Origin: Methanobacteriota archaeon | Lineage (GTDB): Archaea; Halobacteriota; Bog-38; Methanoflorentales; Methanoflorentaceae | Direction: 5' to 3' | NCBI GenBank assembly: GCA_963805115.1 | Contig: CAWDSY010000007.1 | Span: 145,604-209,603 of the forward strand | DNA length: 64,000 bases | Shown: in pieces, positions 45,995 through 56,167 of the stretch | How positions within the stretch are numbered: the stretch's first letter is position 1 | Layout of the letters: every line of letters starts with the position of its first letter | Made by a program: the position numbers and the translations under genes | Notes under the pieces: generated by a model | Database searches by the model: none | Seen by the model: the letters and a program-made list of their open reading frames with translations, nothing else | Told to the model about the DNA's origin: nothing

Positions 45995-48058
45995 CTATTG
46001 TTGTGTAAGCCTATAGTTACGGCTGTACCTGACTGGCTCAAATATTGCCGCTTCCTGCACCAGTCGGGCAATTTCGGCTTCGACTTTGTCTTTTTCAAAT
46101 CCTAGTTTCGATGCTCTCTCTACAATTGTGTCAATGTGGGCGGATCCTGCCTCTCGCTCGAGTTCCCTGATGATATCCCTAATGCTTTTGATGCGTTCCT
46201 GCTGACTTTTGCTTTTTCCGACTGCTATTACGTCGAAATCTCGCTTTCCGGTTTCAGGGTCCACGCCGACCTCTTTTAGACACGCTTCGACGATTTGAAT
46301 GACGCGTTTCGCGTCCTCGAGCGTCACCCACTTGCTTAGCCTCATGCGCGCGCTCGCTTCGGAAAGCCGTACGAGAGCTTCGAGCTGGCGAGCGGTTATA
46401 GGGATCGGCGAACCCTCGCCGCCTTCTCTCCTTAAACCTACGTAGTAGTCTATGAATTGCTGTTTGGCCTCTTCAGTGAGGATTGGATTGACCCTTTTTG
46501 CGTATCCAATGAACTTCCGCAGCAGCTCTGCTTCAATTTCTGGACTTATGATGCTCATTGCGGCCTCTACCTCCTGATTGGGCATTCCTGAGGAGGCAAG
46601 CTCTCCTGCAAAATGCGACTGGAGTATGTGCTTTGCGATGCCTGTATCAGTGCTCTCGTTTGGTACATCAGTCAGCACGAAGATCAGGTCAAAGCGAGAA
46701 AGAAGGGTGGGCTGCATATTGATTTGCTCTGCGATTGATTCATACGGGTCGAATCGCCCGTATCGGGGGTTCGCGGCTCCCAGCAGGGCGCAACGGCTCT
46801 TAAGGTTTGCCATAATTCCCGCTTTTGCCACGCTGACGGTTTGCTGTTCCATCGCTTCGTGGAGAGAAGATCTATCCTCAGACCGCATCTTGTCCATTTC
46901 ATCAACTGCCGCTATTCCTTGATCTGCGAGCACAAGTGCACCCGCCTCTAGAGTCCATCTGCCGTCGCCAAATTCATCTTTTATCGCAGTTGCCGTTAAC
47001 CCCGCTGATGTCGAACTCTTGCCACTGGCGTATATGCCTCTAGGCGCGAGCTGGACGACGTACCGCAGCAGTTGTGACTTACCTATGCCGGGATCGCCCA
47101 CAAGCAGAATGTGAATATCTCCTCGAATGTGTGAACCGTCAGGAAGCTTTTTCGGCACGCCCGAAAAAAGTTGGAGCGCTATTGCCTCCTTGACGCTCTC
47201 ATAGCCGAAAATTGATGGAGCTATTGATCGCACGATTGCGCGTTCAATTCCTGCGGTCTTTGCAAGCTTGTCTATTATGCTTGCATCCTCGCCCGATATT
47301 TCGATGTCCTGAAACTCTTTATCTTCAATTTCGATCGAATTTGCCTCGAGAAACAAATCGAAGGTCGTGCTTTTCACGTTTTGATACTGCCGTTGTGCAA
47401 CTCGCAGTAAGCCAGTCATTACAACTCTATCGCCGGGAAATACCATTCCGGCCAGCGCGGCTTCTACGTTTGCATCGAGCGTCTGCGGTTGTTCCCCGCC
47501 TTTCAAGCCTTCAGGGGACTCTTGCAGCCGAATTTTTTGTGCATCGACGAATTTCGAATGTGCGAAATTCAACTTGAAAGGGCCTTTCTTCCTGCAGACC
47601 CGGTGAGAGCATTCAGTTGGCTCTTTGAGCTTGGCATCATCTTGTTCGACGCTTGTAATGTTGCCGCAGCTCAAACATTCAAAGCCCGCTTCAGTGAGCT
47701 TCGGACGAACCTCAGTGGCTTTGCGCACAAGCCCTTCGATTGATACGAGCTTGCCGACGTGGTCACTTCTCAGGTCTCTAATCTTTGTTTTATCAGAAAC
47801 GTTGACGATACGGACTTCCACGTCCAGTTTGCATTCGATGGGCAGATCATATTCAAGGAGCGCATCGTGCGCTGACCTTAGGACAGAAATTGGGCCATCA
47901 ATTAATGCATCTGCCAGAGCGATGTCGAAGTTTTGTAGGGCCTGATAGTCCACATCGATGCAGTTTACCTCTGGGTACTCGCTAGCTAGTTTGAGTATCT
48001 GCTTTTCGTAGTAGCGGGCGAAAAATGTGGCCCACCGGTCCTTAAAATCACCACTCAT
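45995..48058 (-). CDS. mcm: MCM replicative helicase
   Basis: About 687 aa with a Zn motif CLSCGN...CSHRVC, Walker A GDPGIGKSQ, Walker B AAVDEMDKM and the arginine finger SRFDLIF. No intein. Confidence 0.92.
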   Translation of the reverse strand: MSGDFKDRWATFFARYYEKQILKLASEYPEVNCIDVDYQALQNFDIALADALIDGPISVLRSAHDALLEYDLPIECKLDVEVRIVNVSDKTKIRDLRSDHVGKLVSIEGLVRKATEVRPKLTEAGFECLSCGNITSVEQDDAKLKEPTECSHRVCRKKGPFKLNFAHSKFVDAQKIRLQESPEGLKGGEQPQTLDANVEAALAGMVFPGDRVVMTGLLRVAQRQYQNVKSTTFDLFLEANSIEIEDKEFQDIEISGEDASIIDKLAKTAGIERAIVRSIAPSIFGYESVKEAIALQLFSGVPKKLPDGSHIRGDIHILLVGDPGIGKSQLLRYVVQLAPRGIYASGKSSTSAGLTATAIKDEFGDGRWTLEAGALVLADQGIAAVDEMDKMRSEDRSSLHEAMEQQTVSVAKAGIMANLKSRCALLGAANPRYGRFDPYESIAEQINMQPTLLSRFDLIFVLTDVPNESTDTGIAKHILQSHFAGELASSGMPNQEVEAAMSIISPEIEAELLRKFIGYAKRVNPILTEEAKQQFIDYYVGLRREGGEGSPIPITARQLEALVRLSEASARMRLSKWVTLEDAKRVIQIVEACLKEVGVDPETGKRDFDVIAVGKSKSQQERIKSIRDIIRELEREAGSAHIDTIVERASKLGFEKDKVEAEIARLVQEAAIFEPVRYSRNYRLTQQ

Positions 48059-48199
48059 GCAGACTAAACTATACAAATCATTCCACTTAAATGTAAGCGA
48101 AGCAGTTACGCACTAATTAAAGCTTAAAATAAAGCTTCCCGCGATTCAGCAAATTGGCGGCTTTGCTTCAGCGCGAAACCGCAGGAGGACCTGTTCGCA

Positions 48200-48607
48200 C
48201 TACCTCTCGAAGAACATCAGCGGATAGTCAGCGTCCTCATCGTACTGCATCTTCGCAAGCACTTTAGCCGTCCCATAGGTGACAACAAGCTGGACGTCGA
48301 GCATCTTGCCTTCAAGTTCTGCGTAGCCAAATTTGTTGATTTTCGACGCCACGCGGTCTCTGTCGATGCTGACGATAATACTCTCGACGTAGGGCTGCAC
48401 CCGTATACTTTCTTCGATTGCTTTTTCAAGGGTCGCAATTGTGTCCAAATCGAGTGGTGCGCCGACGTATTGGTGATATAATGCACCAAGTTTTATGCCT
48501 GCTTCAAAAAGCGCTTGGTCTCTCTCGTTTATCTGAAATACCCCCGGTACAGTGGGTTCAGAAGGTACACAATCGAGAGTAGCAGGAGAACGGCGGAGAT
48601 ACTCCAA
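48200..48607 (-). CDS. Archaeal dihydroneopterin aldolase (MptD-like)
   Basis: ALFEAGIKLGALYHQYVG...YPLMFFER pattern recalled for the MptD family. The 5-prime end overlaps the pssA stop region by 79 nt, so the true start is unclear. Confidence 0.55.
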   Translation of the reverse strand: MEYLRRSPATLDCVPSEPTVPGVFQINERDQALFEAGIKLGALYHQYVGAPLDLDTIATLEKAIEESIRVQPYVESIIVSIDRDRVASKINKFGYAELEGKMLDVQLVVTYGTAKVLAKMQYDEDADYPLMFFER

Positions 48608-49209
48608 TAACTCGTTCCGATCGCGTAAAGAAGGAGGATGAGCAGGAGCAATGCGCCCACGACAGCGAGGGTAATTGTGTTTCTGACTTTCGGGTACTTG
48701 ATATCGCTCACCATCAGTCCTGCGAGGACGAGAGCGACAGCTAACAAGCCGACGGCTGGAAGTCCAGCAAGAATATATAGCGCGACTATCATGCCAGCCG
48801 CAGTGACGGGCAGCCCGGAAAAGGCGGCTTCCTGAGGGGCGACGTTGTACCGCGCAAGCCGCAACATCCCCCCGACTAAGTATAGGAACGACACGACAAA
48901 GATCAAAAAGAAGAGAAAGCGATAGCCTACGGCGGCTCTGACCGCGTAATACACCAGGAATGACGGCGCCAACCCGAAAGAAACAAAATCTGCAAGTGAG
49001 TCGAGCTGGAACCCGAGGCTTCCTTGTCCTCGTGTTCGGGCCAGATAACCATCAGCTCCGTCTGCGAGGACGCACACAAGAACAAACACTGCGGCAATAC
49101 CAATGTCGTTAGCCGCCGTGAGAAAGAGGAGGGCTAACATGCCAAACAGCAAGTTCACTATTGTGGCAACATCCTGCTCTCTAATTTCCAAATCAAAAGG
49201 TAATCTCAT
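48529..49209 (-). CDS. pssA: CDP-alcohol phosphatidyltransferase, archaetidylserine synthase type
   Basis: DGADGYLARTRGQGSLGFQLDSLADF matches D-G-x2-A-R-x8-G-x3-D-x3-D. Polytopic, 226 aa. Confidence 0.85.
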   Translation of the reverse strand: MRLPFDLEIREQDVATIVNLLFGMLALLFLTAANDIGIAAVFVLVCVLADGADGYLARTRGQGSLGFQLDSLADFVSFGLAPSFLVYYAVRAAVGYRFLFFLIFVVSFLYLVGGMLRLARYNVAPQEAAFSGLPVTAAGMIVALYILAGLPAVGLLAVALVLAGLMVSDIKYPKVRNTITLAVVGALLLLILLLYAIGTSYWSISAVLLLLSIVYLLNPLYRGYFR

Positions 49210-49220
49210 AACACCTGCTC

Positions 49221-49808
49221 CTATATAAGCAACTTAGCGATTGTCGTCTTTCCCGCTTTGACTCTTTGCCCTCGCGATACGACAAATGAATAACCGCTAG
49301 GGAGTGCAACGTCGACCCGTGAGCCAAATCGAATCATGCCTATTCTCTGGCCTCTCCCGAGAATTTCATTTTGCTTGACGTAGCATACGATCCGTCTGAT
49401 AACCGCACCTGAGATTTGGGTGACAACAACATTCCCAAGCCGAGTTCGTATAGTAATACTGTTCCGCTCATTTTTGTCCGATTCCTTATGAAAAGCGGGG
49501 AGCCTGCCTCCTTTGTGGTAACGTATGTCGATGACTTCACCATCGACGGGAGATCTGTTGACGTGTACGTTATGGATGTTCATAAAAATGCTGAGCTGGT
49601 TTTCTTGTATCTTGAGCACCCTGCCGTCTGCAGGACTGACTACGTCGGTCGCGTTATGGCTTTCCGATAACCGTTCAGGATCTCTGAAAAAGAGAAAAAG
49701 GGACAGCGTAAGGATTATCCCAAGCAACGCGTAATGAGTGAAGAATCCCATGAACGCCGTTAGCGCGGAAGACCCCAGAATCCAGTATTCAGACCCCTTA
49801 GCGAGCAC
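49221..49808 (-). CDS. psd: Phosphatidyl(archaetidyl)serine decarboxylase proenzyme
   Basis: 195 aa with VSPADGRV and the self-cleavage-type motif RFGSRVDV. Confidence 0.8.
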   Translation of the reverse strand: MLAKGSEYWILGSSALTAFMGFFTHYALLGIILTLSLFLFFRDPERLSESHNATDVVSPADGRVLKIQENQLSIFMNIHNVHVNRSPVDGEVIDIRYHKGGRLPAFHKESDKNERNSITIRTRLGNVVVTQISGAVIRRIVCYVKQNEILGRGQRIGMIRFGSRVDVALPSGYSFVVSRGQRVKAGKTTIAKLLI

Positions 49809-50568
49809 GCGTCACGCCTCCTTTTAGCAAATCAAATACGCCAACCACCATATCAAGCAATTCTGGGAGTATCAGGAATACCAAGTAAGAGATGAGTAGC
49901 AACGCACCTAGGGATCCAATTTTTGAAAGGACGTCGTGCGACACGTAGAAACTGTCTGCCGGCAATCCAAACCATTGGTTACCGGTAGCTGTTAGCACAA
50001 ACGCATCACGAAGGATGTTTAGAACGTAGATTGTGGGGATAGCGACCATGAATGCCGCCAATTTTCTGCGTGGAGGGGCAGCAACGCACGATATTACTCC
50101 AAGGAACAGTGCGATGCTTTCAATGCCAGTGCAGGCGAGAATGAATTGAACCGGGACGCCGTTAAGCGTCAACACGTTCCAATTGGCCTGTACTGCCGGC
50201 ACGCCGACAGAGTTTAGTAGCAAGGCAGTCTGCGATGCCACTGCGTCTATCAAAACGTGGCTGAGAGACGAAAACTGTGCGAAGGAGAAGTAAAAAACGC
50301 CTCCTACTGCTGCGGCTTTGGTTATTAGCAATGTTAAGTCGTCAGCTTTCGTCCACATCATATAGCCGATGTAGCCGCAAAAAACGGCGACTAGAAGACA
50401 TACTAATACGTTGAAATAGTCGCTAATTGCGAGATAATAGGCCGGCTGGTATGCCCAGTTCAGCGCGAAAAAAACCCAGCCGGCAGCTCCGAGCTGATAT
50501 GTGACTTTACGCGGCGCAGCGATTGCTATTATGAAAAGAACGAGCGCAATCCACAATAAAGTTTGCAT
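49798..50568 (-). CDS. Archaeosortase/exosortase family transpeptidase
   Basis: Polytopic ORF with the family Cys/Arg/His positions in LACTGIESIALF, LNILRDAF and YVSHDVLSK. ATG at 50568; the ORF track has a TTG at 50580. Confidence 0.75.
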   Translation of the reverse strand: MQTLLWIALVLFIIAIAAPRKVTYQLGAAGWVFFALNWAYQPAYYLAISDYFNVLVCLLVAVFCGYIGYMMWTKADDLTLLITKAAAVGGVFYFSFAQFSSLSHVLIDAVASQTALLLNSVGVPAVQANWNVLTLNGVPVQFILACTGIESIALFLGVISCVAAPPRRKLAAFMVAIPTIYVLNILRDAFVLTATGNQWFGLPADSFYVSHDVLSKIGSLGALLLISYLVFLILPELLDMVVGVFDLLKGGVTRAR

Positions 50569-50786
50569 TAAGTCCACCAACGCGCCGTATCACTACATCA
50601 ATACACAACGCCTTATAATAAAACTGGCATATAACCATTTTGACTCCGCTCTTTGGCGTTGTTCTTTTGATCTGCGATCGGAGTTTTGTCCGCGCTAGCG
50701 TGGCAGCAAAGACCTACATATTTATTGTGCAAGAGAAAAAGAATTCACTCGTAAGAAGCGATGCGTAATCGGTATCTGTGATCGAA

Positions 50787-51104
50787 ATGGAATTCTGTCC
50801 AAAGTGCAAGAGTATTATGGTTCCTGAAGAAGGCTTCGTGAAGTGCCGGACGTGTGGTTTCACCAAAGAAAAAGGTCAAGTAGATAAGAAGAAGCACCTT
50901 CACGAAATCTCTCGCAATACACGAACCATGTTGGTGATCGAAGGCGAGTCAGAAAACGGCAAGCCCACAATCAAGGCGCATTGCTCTGAATGTGGGAACG
51001 ATAAAGCCTATTGGTGGCTTAGACAATTGCGTTCCGCCGATGAGAGCGAGGTACGATTCTTTCGATGTACGAAGTGCGGCAAGACGTGGCGAGAATACGA
51101 CTAG
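50787..51104 (+). CDS. tfs: Transcription factor S / RNA polymerase subunit M
   Basis: MEFCPKCKSIM N-terminal Zn ribbon and a C-terminal CSECGNDKAYWWLRQLRSADESEVRFFRCTKCG with the acidic loop. Confidence 0.85.
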   Translation: MEFCPKCKSIMVPEEGFVKCRTCGFTKEKGQVDKKKHLHEISRNTRTMLVIEGESENGKPTIKAHCSECGNDKAYWWLRQLRSADESEVRFFRCTKCGKTWREYD

Positions 51105-51238
51105 TTGCTAGAGATAACGCCTACGGATCGCTTACGCAAAAACGTGCCAGAACATAGCGGACTTCGCCGGCCACGCGAACCAATCGGATACAACACTGAA
51201 ACCTCAGTCGGCATGCAAGGTCGACGCAAATTTTGCAA

Positions 51239-51925
51239 ATGGATATCGAAGTCGTACTGGTGAATCCTGTTTATGAGGGTAACGTGGGCGCTGTGGCTCG
51301 CGTTATGAAAAACTTTGGGTATTCGAAGCTGACATTGATCAACCCGTGCGAGCTGGGGGCTTTCGCACGAGCGATGGCGTCGCACGCCCAGGATGTTCTC
51401 GACGCAGCGCGGCGTAAGACGCTTGAAGATGTTCTAGTTGCTTCTAATTTGGTGATAGGCACGACTGGAATTGCCAGGTCAAAAGCTAGTCTTAGGGCGC
51501 CGTACGAGCTTGCGAGGCTCGGCGGTAAGCTCTCGGAAATGCGCGGTATCGCCTCAATACTATTTGGCGCTGAAGATCAGGGACTTTCGAATGAAGTGTT
51601 ACAAGAATGCGACGTTGTCGTCAACGTCGAAACAAGCACGAAATATCCAGTAATGAACATTTCGCACGCTGCTGCAGTCATATTGTATAGTATAGCTAGC
51701 GCAACGACTCCTGCCGCAAGACGAACGGTCGCAACCCACGCTGACCTGGACCGATTGCTTCAGCATACAAGCGAAGTTCTCGAAGAAATCGATTTTCCGG
51801 CGCACAAACGGCGTCGCGTGCTTCTCAACCTTAAGCGCATCTGGGGCAGATCAGAACTCAGCAGTTCAGAAGTGAGGACGCTGAGAGGCGTACTGAGCAG
51901 AATAGAACTCCGTCTCAGACGATGA
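51239..51925 (+). CDS. SpoU/TrmH-family RNA 2-prime-O-methyltransferase (TrmJ-like)
   Basis: VVLVNPVYEGNVGAVARVMKNFG, ILFGAEDQGLSN and MNISHAAAVILY are SPOUT motifs. Confidence 0.8.
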   Translation: MDIEVVLVNPVYEGNVGAVARVMKNFGYSKLTLINPCELGAFARAMASHAQDVLDAARRKTLEDVLVASNLVIGTTGIARSKASLRAPYELARLGGKLSEMRGIASILFGAEDQGLSNEVLQECDVVVNVETSTKYPVMNISHAAAVILYSIASATTPAARRTVATHADLDRLLQHTSEVLEEIDFPAHKRRRVLLNLKRIWGRSELSSSEVRTLRGVLSRIELRLRR

Positions 51926-51927
51926 GG

Positions 51928-52782
51928 TCACTTGAGGTACTTTCCCACAATCGGACGGAGCTTTTCGAACACCTCGTCTGAAATGGCCTCTGGCCTCGTC
52001 ACTATAGCGTCCTTCAAAGCGTGTCTGCACTGGCACGCGCTGTTTGTTATTGGGAGGTGGGGCACCACTTCTTGGATAATTCTTTGCGTGCTGGCGGCAT
52101 TTCTCTTGACGTTGTTTATGACCGTTTCGATAGTCACCTGCTCCTCGCGCCAGACGTCGTAATCAGTAACAGTGGCCAACATGCTGAAGCACATCTCTGC
52201 TTCTCTCGCGAGTTTTGCCTCCGACAGTGCCGTCATTCCGATGATGTCGAACCCCATATGCCGATATGCGTTCGATTCTGCGCGTGTCGAAAATTGCGGG
52301 CCCTCAATGCAGATGTACGTACCGCCTTTCGTGACACTAGATCCGACGCGTTGCGCCGCGCGATACAACTCGCGTGACAAGTCGTCACAAAATGGGTCGG
52401 CGAAGCTTATGTGCACGCAAATATCCTCAAAAAATGTATTCGGTCGCAGCTTGGTCCTGTCAAAAAGTTGGTCGGGGATAACCATTTCAAGTGGCCGTAT
52501 CTTCTCTTTGAGGCTGCCTACCGCGGAAATTGCGATTACAGTGGTGATGCCTAAGATTTTCAGGGCGTAGATGTTCGCGCGATAATCTATGCGACTCGGC
52601 GAAAAACGGTGTCCTGCTCCGTGTCTGGCTAAAAAAGCGCAAGCTCTTCCTTCCACTAGTCCGACGATTATGTCGCTTGATGGGGGACCAAATGGCGTAC
52701 TGATCTTAAGCGTCGTTGCATCTTCGAGCAGGTCAGGGTTGTAAAAACCGGTGCCGCCTACAAAAGCAATTTCGGCGTTCAT
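51928..52782 (-). CDS. mtnP: S-methyl-5-prime-thioadenosine phosphorylase
   Basis: MNAEIAFVGGTGFY, FLARHG.GH and IGMTALSEAKLAREAE motifs. The ATG at 52782 forms an ATGA overlap with the PRTase stop. Confidence 0.85.
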   Translation of the reverse strand: MNAEIAFVGGTGFYNPDLLEDATTLKISTPFGPPSSDIIVGLVEGRACAFLARHGAGHRFSPSRIDYRANIYALKILGITTVIAISAVGSLKEKIRPLEMVIPDQLFDRTKLRPNTFFEDICVHISFADPFCDDLSRELYRAAQRVGSSVTKGGTYICIEGPQFSTRAESNAYRHMGFDIIGMTALSEAKLAREAEMCFSMLATVTDYDVWREEQVTIETVINNVKRNAASTQRIIQEVVPHLPITNSACQCRHALKDAIVTRPEAISDEVFEKLRPIVGKYLK

Positions 52783-53465
52783 TTTAGCTTCCAGCCTCCT
52801 TGACCAAGTGCTAGAACCCCTCTTCTTTGCATCTCTTTCAAGATCTCCGGCAGGCGTCCGGGTTGAGCTATGTCCAAATGAATGGGATCGATCGAGAACC
52901 AATGGTTCAGCCCCGCTTTGATTGACTTTTCGTTCCACACCTCTTTTCTGTCCTTGGCCATAAGCTTCGTTATCAAGTCAATCATATCTTCGATAAAATT
53001 CCACGGATACACCACCCACATCCAATCTTCGAGAAACTCAGCAAAGTAGTCAGGCCTAGTTTCTGAAGTGAAGAGCAGCTGCAGTACCCCCGTCCTGCAG
53101 TCAGCCGGTTTGAACTCTTTCACGTAGTCTGAAGCGTGTTGAAGGCTTTTTCCCGTGTCTGCAATGTCGTCTACGATAAGCACACGTTTGTCCTTAACCA
53201 TCTCTTCTGCGATCGGGTATCGAACCCTACACTCATCTGCCAAGCGAGCAGTCCCTACATAATGTTCAACCTTCAGGCTGATTAAATCCGAAATGCCGAG
53301 AAAATCACAGACCATGCGGCCAGCAAACCAGCCCCCGCGCGCGAGCGCTACGATAACATCTGGGTCATATCCTGACTCCACGACACTCGATGACAAATCG
53401 CGACATAAGTCATAGATATAGTTCCAGTTCGTCACTGTACATTTGATCTTTTCAGGAAGAGCCAT
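52779..53465 (-). CDS. Purine phosphoribosyltransferase (Hpt-like) with a C-terminal extension
   Basis: VIVALARGGWFAGR and the PRPP motif VLIVDDIADTGKSL, 228 aa. Confidence 0.75.
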   Translation of the reverse strand: MALPEKIKCTVTNWNYIYDLCRDLSSSVVESGYDPDVIVALARGGWFAGRMVCDFLGISDLISLKVEHYVGTARLADECRVRYPIAEEMVKDKRVLIVDDIADTGKSLQHASDYVKEFKPADCRTGVLQLLFTSETRPDYFAEFLEDWMWVVYPWNFIEDMIDLITKLMAKDRKEVWNEKSIKAGLNHWFSIDPIHLDIAQPGRLPEILKEMQRRGVLALGQGGWKLK

Positions 53466-53585
53466 GGATCATTCGTCGAGAAAACATAATATTTATTTCT
53501 GCCTGTTCTATGTTTGTAATAGAATGGAAAAGGAATATCATACAGCAAATGCTATTAGAGAGCGGTGGTTTAAAGGAGTTTTCCT

Positions 53586-54038
53586 ATGCGACTTGAACAA
53601 GACGATCTTAACGCGATAGGCGAAATAGTAGTGGGTCGCTATTTCAAAAAAGGCGGCCTCAAGTATATCAGTCTGAGAGACCCGCGGAGAATTTTTAAGG
53701 CGTACAACGAGGTGGACGAGCAGTACAAGGCGTATCCTCACATGAGTCGTGACTGGTACGTCTCCAACTCTGTCGATAGAGATGCTTACATCGCAAGAAC
53801 GTGGAAGGAACTGAAAAAGCTCGTAGATTTTTTGAATGACTTGAACGACAAAAGCCTCTACAACTTTGTAGTCCGCGCGGACAACAAGCTCGCTTTGGCC
53901 AAAGTCGAAACTCAACGATCAGAGGTCTCAAAAGAGGCCGCGGCGATCGCGAGGAGGCACGATTACAAACTCTACCTTTTCACCGTCAAGGTCCCAAGCA
54001 ATCTTGAATACGACGTGGATGTTGTGAACGGCGACTGA
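53586..54038 (+). CDS. Hypothetical protein
   Basis: 150-aa ORF after an AT-rich 120-nt gap. No family recognised. Confidence 0.4.
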   Translation: MRLEQDDLNAIGEIVVGRYFKKGGLKYISLRDPRRIFKAYNEVDEQYKAYPHMSRDWYVSNSVDRDAYIARTWKELKKLVDFLNDLNDKSLYNFVVRADNKLALAKVETQRSEVSKEAAAIARRHDYKLYLFTVKVPSNLEYDVDVVNGD

Positions 54039-54047
54039 GTCCCACGC

Positions 54048-54797
54048 TCATCGCGCGAGAGACCTCAGCCGCTTTTGCATTAGAGCGTACGACGCCTTCA
54101 AGTTCTCTACGTTATCAAACGTTGCTTTAAGCAAGTCCAGCTCATCTTTATGGTTTTCATTTTTAAAGTGCTTCGCAAAACTGACGAGATTTTTCAACGC
54201 TCGTGTCACTTCGTCGACGATTGTGACGGTGCTCGCTATTGCGGTTCGAGAAAGCGGATTTAGATCGACAGTCAAAACGGTTTTTCCGAGTTTAGTTAAA
54301 GCTTGAGCTCTATCGCCGTCTTCTAGCGGAACGAATACCACGTCGGCTTGGAATATCCCGTTCTTGTGGACGTTTGCCCTGTCACTTGCTATGTGCGCGA
54401 GTTTGATGAAATCGAACCCCGTCAAAACGTTTGCTACGCCGCACGCGCGCAAGTGATCTGCAATTCTTTTTGTCCGCTGTGCTGATGGATGAAACAGATT
54501 AATCTCTACGGGGATGCCTGTAATTGCGTGCAACTCGGCGATTTCGCCTGGCACGAGTGAGGCGGTGTTCCCATTAACTGAGAGAACGGGGTAGTTTGCG
54601 GTGAGCAAATGGGCACACGCAACTTTGGTGGCGTTGCGCGCACTGTCGCTCGTTTGCTCCCCCAGCAGATAATCAAACGCTTCGCCTCTTCCGTGTGCAA
54701 TAAGGCCGTGAGTACTGGCGATGCCTCGTTCATAGCCATCCACTAGTTTATTGCGTAACATCAGTGATGCGTAACGGGGATGTTCTTCAGAGACCAT
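54048..54797 (-). CDS. 4-phosphopantoate--beta-alanine ligase (archaeal phosphopantothenate synthetase)
   Basis: GLIAHGRGEAFDYLLGE, VLSVNGNTASL, VFVPLEDGDR and VDLNPLSRTA match the archaeal PPS family. Confidence 0.8.
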   Translation of the reverse strand: MVSEEHPRYASLMLRNKLVDGYERGIASTHGLIAHGRGEAFDYLLGEQTSDSARNATKVACAHLLTANYPVLSVNGNTASLVPGEIAELHAITGIPVEINLFHPSAQRTKRIADHLRACGVANVLTGFDFIKLAHIASDRANVHKNGIFQADVVFVPLEDGDRAQALTKLGKTVLTVDLNPLSRTAIASTVTIVDEVTRALKNLVSFAKHFKNENHKDELDLLKATFDNVENLKASYALMQKRLRSLAR

Positions 54798-54882
54798 AGT
54801 CGCTTGATGCGGGCGTCATTTCGTCTGATATAGCGCCTTCGCAACCCCTTGTATATAAGCCTTCAGTGACAGACATGCTGTT

Positions 54883-56019
54883 GTGAGGAATGCGTCAGGA
54901 AACCTAACTCGAAAAGAGCTCCTGCTGAACTCCTTTAAGCTGGGTAGATTAGAGAAGGAGCTATTTGGTGCCACGCCGCCCTCCACGTTTGTCGGAAGAT
55001 TTGGTTATCCTGAAGTTCTCGCGGGACCGTTGGTTTCCCCTATAGTAGGGGAGCCGGCACTTGCGGATACGCCGGACAAGTGGCTTCACTTCAGCAGAGA
55101 GCAAATAATCGGGCTGAGGTCTAACCTGGTCCGATCCAATTTCAAGTTGAACGTACGAGATGCGCAAGATCCTGATCGACTGCTCAAGGAGACGCAGGAG
55201 CTTGCAATGGCCGCGCTTCCGGTCGACGTAGAGGTAAAGTTTTTGAAGCCGCCGAAGCGCACGCTTCGTTTTGACAGCATACTCACGCCTATGGGCCCGT
55301 CGGGCACCGTGACCGACATAGAGATAGTTGAGAATCCGCACGTCCCAAGGAAAGTGGATATGCTTGCCGATGATCGGGACATTAAGGCCGCAGAGGCGGC
55401 AACCATTTTGTACGAGGACTCAATATCTCCCTATCAAATAAGTCGGCTTCTGTCAGTCGGCACGTTGGGGAAAAAACGTTTGATCGTCCCAACACGTTGG
55501 TCTATCACGGCAACCGATTCCATTCTGGGCAACAGTTTGTTGAAACGGGTGCGCAGTTACCCAGAGTACGCGGAGATTCAGCTCTTTATTTCAGAAGCTT
55601 TTGGAAACCACTTCGAGATCCTGTTGATTCCTCGCGTGTATGCTTTCGGATGGACGGAAATGTGGCTTTCGGAGGCCGGAAAGGTCGAGATTGGCGACTT
55701 GTATGAAGATACGATAAACAAGCCTGGATATATGGATGGGGGCTATTACGCAGCCCGATTCTCTGCGCTCGAGTTTCTTGATCAGCGAAGGAGGCAGGCG
55801 GCAATATATGTGATGCGTGAAGTCAAACCCACTTATGATATTCCTCTCGGAAGCTGGGTTATTCGAGAGCTCGTTAAGCAGGCTTTCTTCCTCCGACCTC
55901 TGACATTTGAAAGTATCGCCGATGCCCTGCGAAGCGTCCGGGCCCGTGTCAAAGTTCCCGCCAACACTCTTTTTTTGAAAAAACAATTGTCGCAGACAAA
56001 TCTCGCGCAGTTTGGTTAA
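54883..56019 (+). CDS. Nre family DNA repair protein (DUF650/DUF651)
   Basis: 378 aa with ELFGATPPSTFVGRFGYPEV near the N-terminus, as in archaeal Nre proteins. GTG start. Confidence 0.65.
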   Translation: MRNASGNLTRKELLLNSFKLGRLEKELFGATPPSTFVGRFGYPEVLAGPLVSPIVGEPALADTPDKWLHFSREQIIGLRSNLVRSNFKLNVRDAQDPDRLLKETQELAMAALPVDVEVKFLKPPKRTLRFDSILTPMGPSGTVTDIEIVENPHVPRKVDMLADDRDIKAAEAATILYEDSISPYQISRLLSVGTLGKKRLIVPTRWSITATDSILGNSLLKRVRSYPEYAEIQLFISEAFGNHFEILLIPRVYAFGWTEMWLSEAGKVEIGDLYEDTINKPGYMDGGYYAARFSALEFLDQRRRQAAIYVMREVKPTYDIPLGSWVIRELVKQAFFLRPLTFESIADALRSVRARVKVPANTLFLKKQLSQTNLAQFG

Positions 56020-56167
56020 ATGAAAAGTTCGGGGACAGCATATGCTAGCGCATAGCGGCAGCAGCGTTAAAATGAATCCCAAAACTTATTACTTCTGGAG
56101 TTAATGCCACACGTTAAGATCGGCACTGATCCGGTCTGAGCGAAGCAAACTGGAATGAGGAGTGCAC

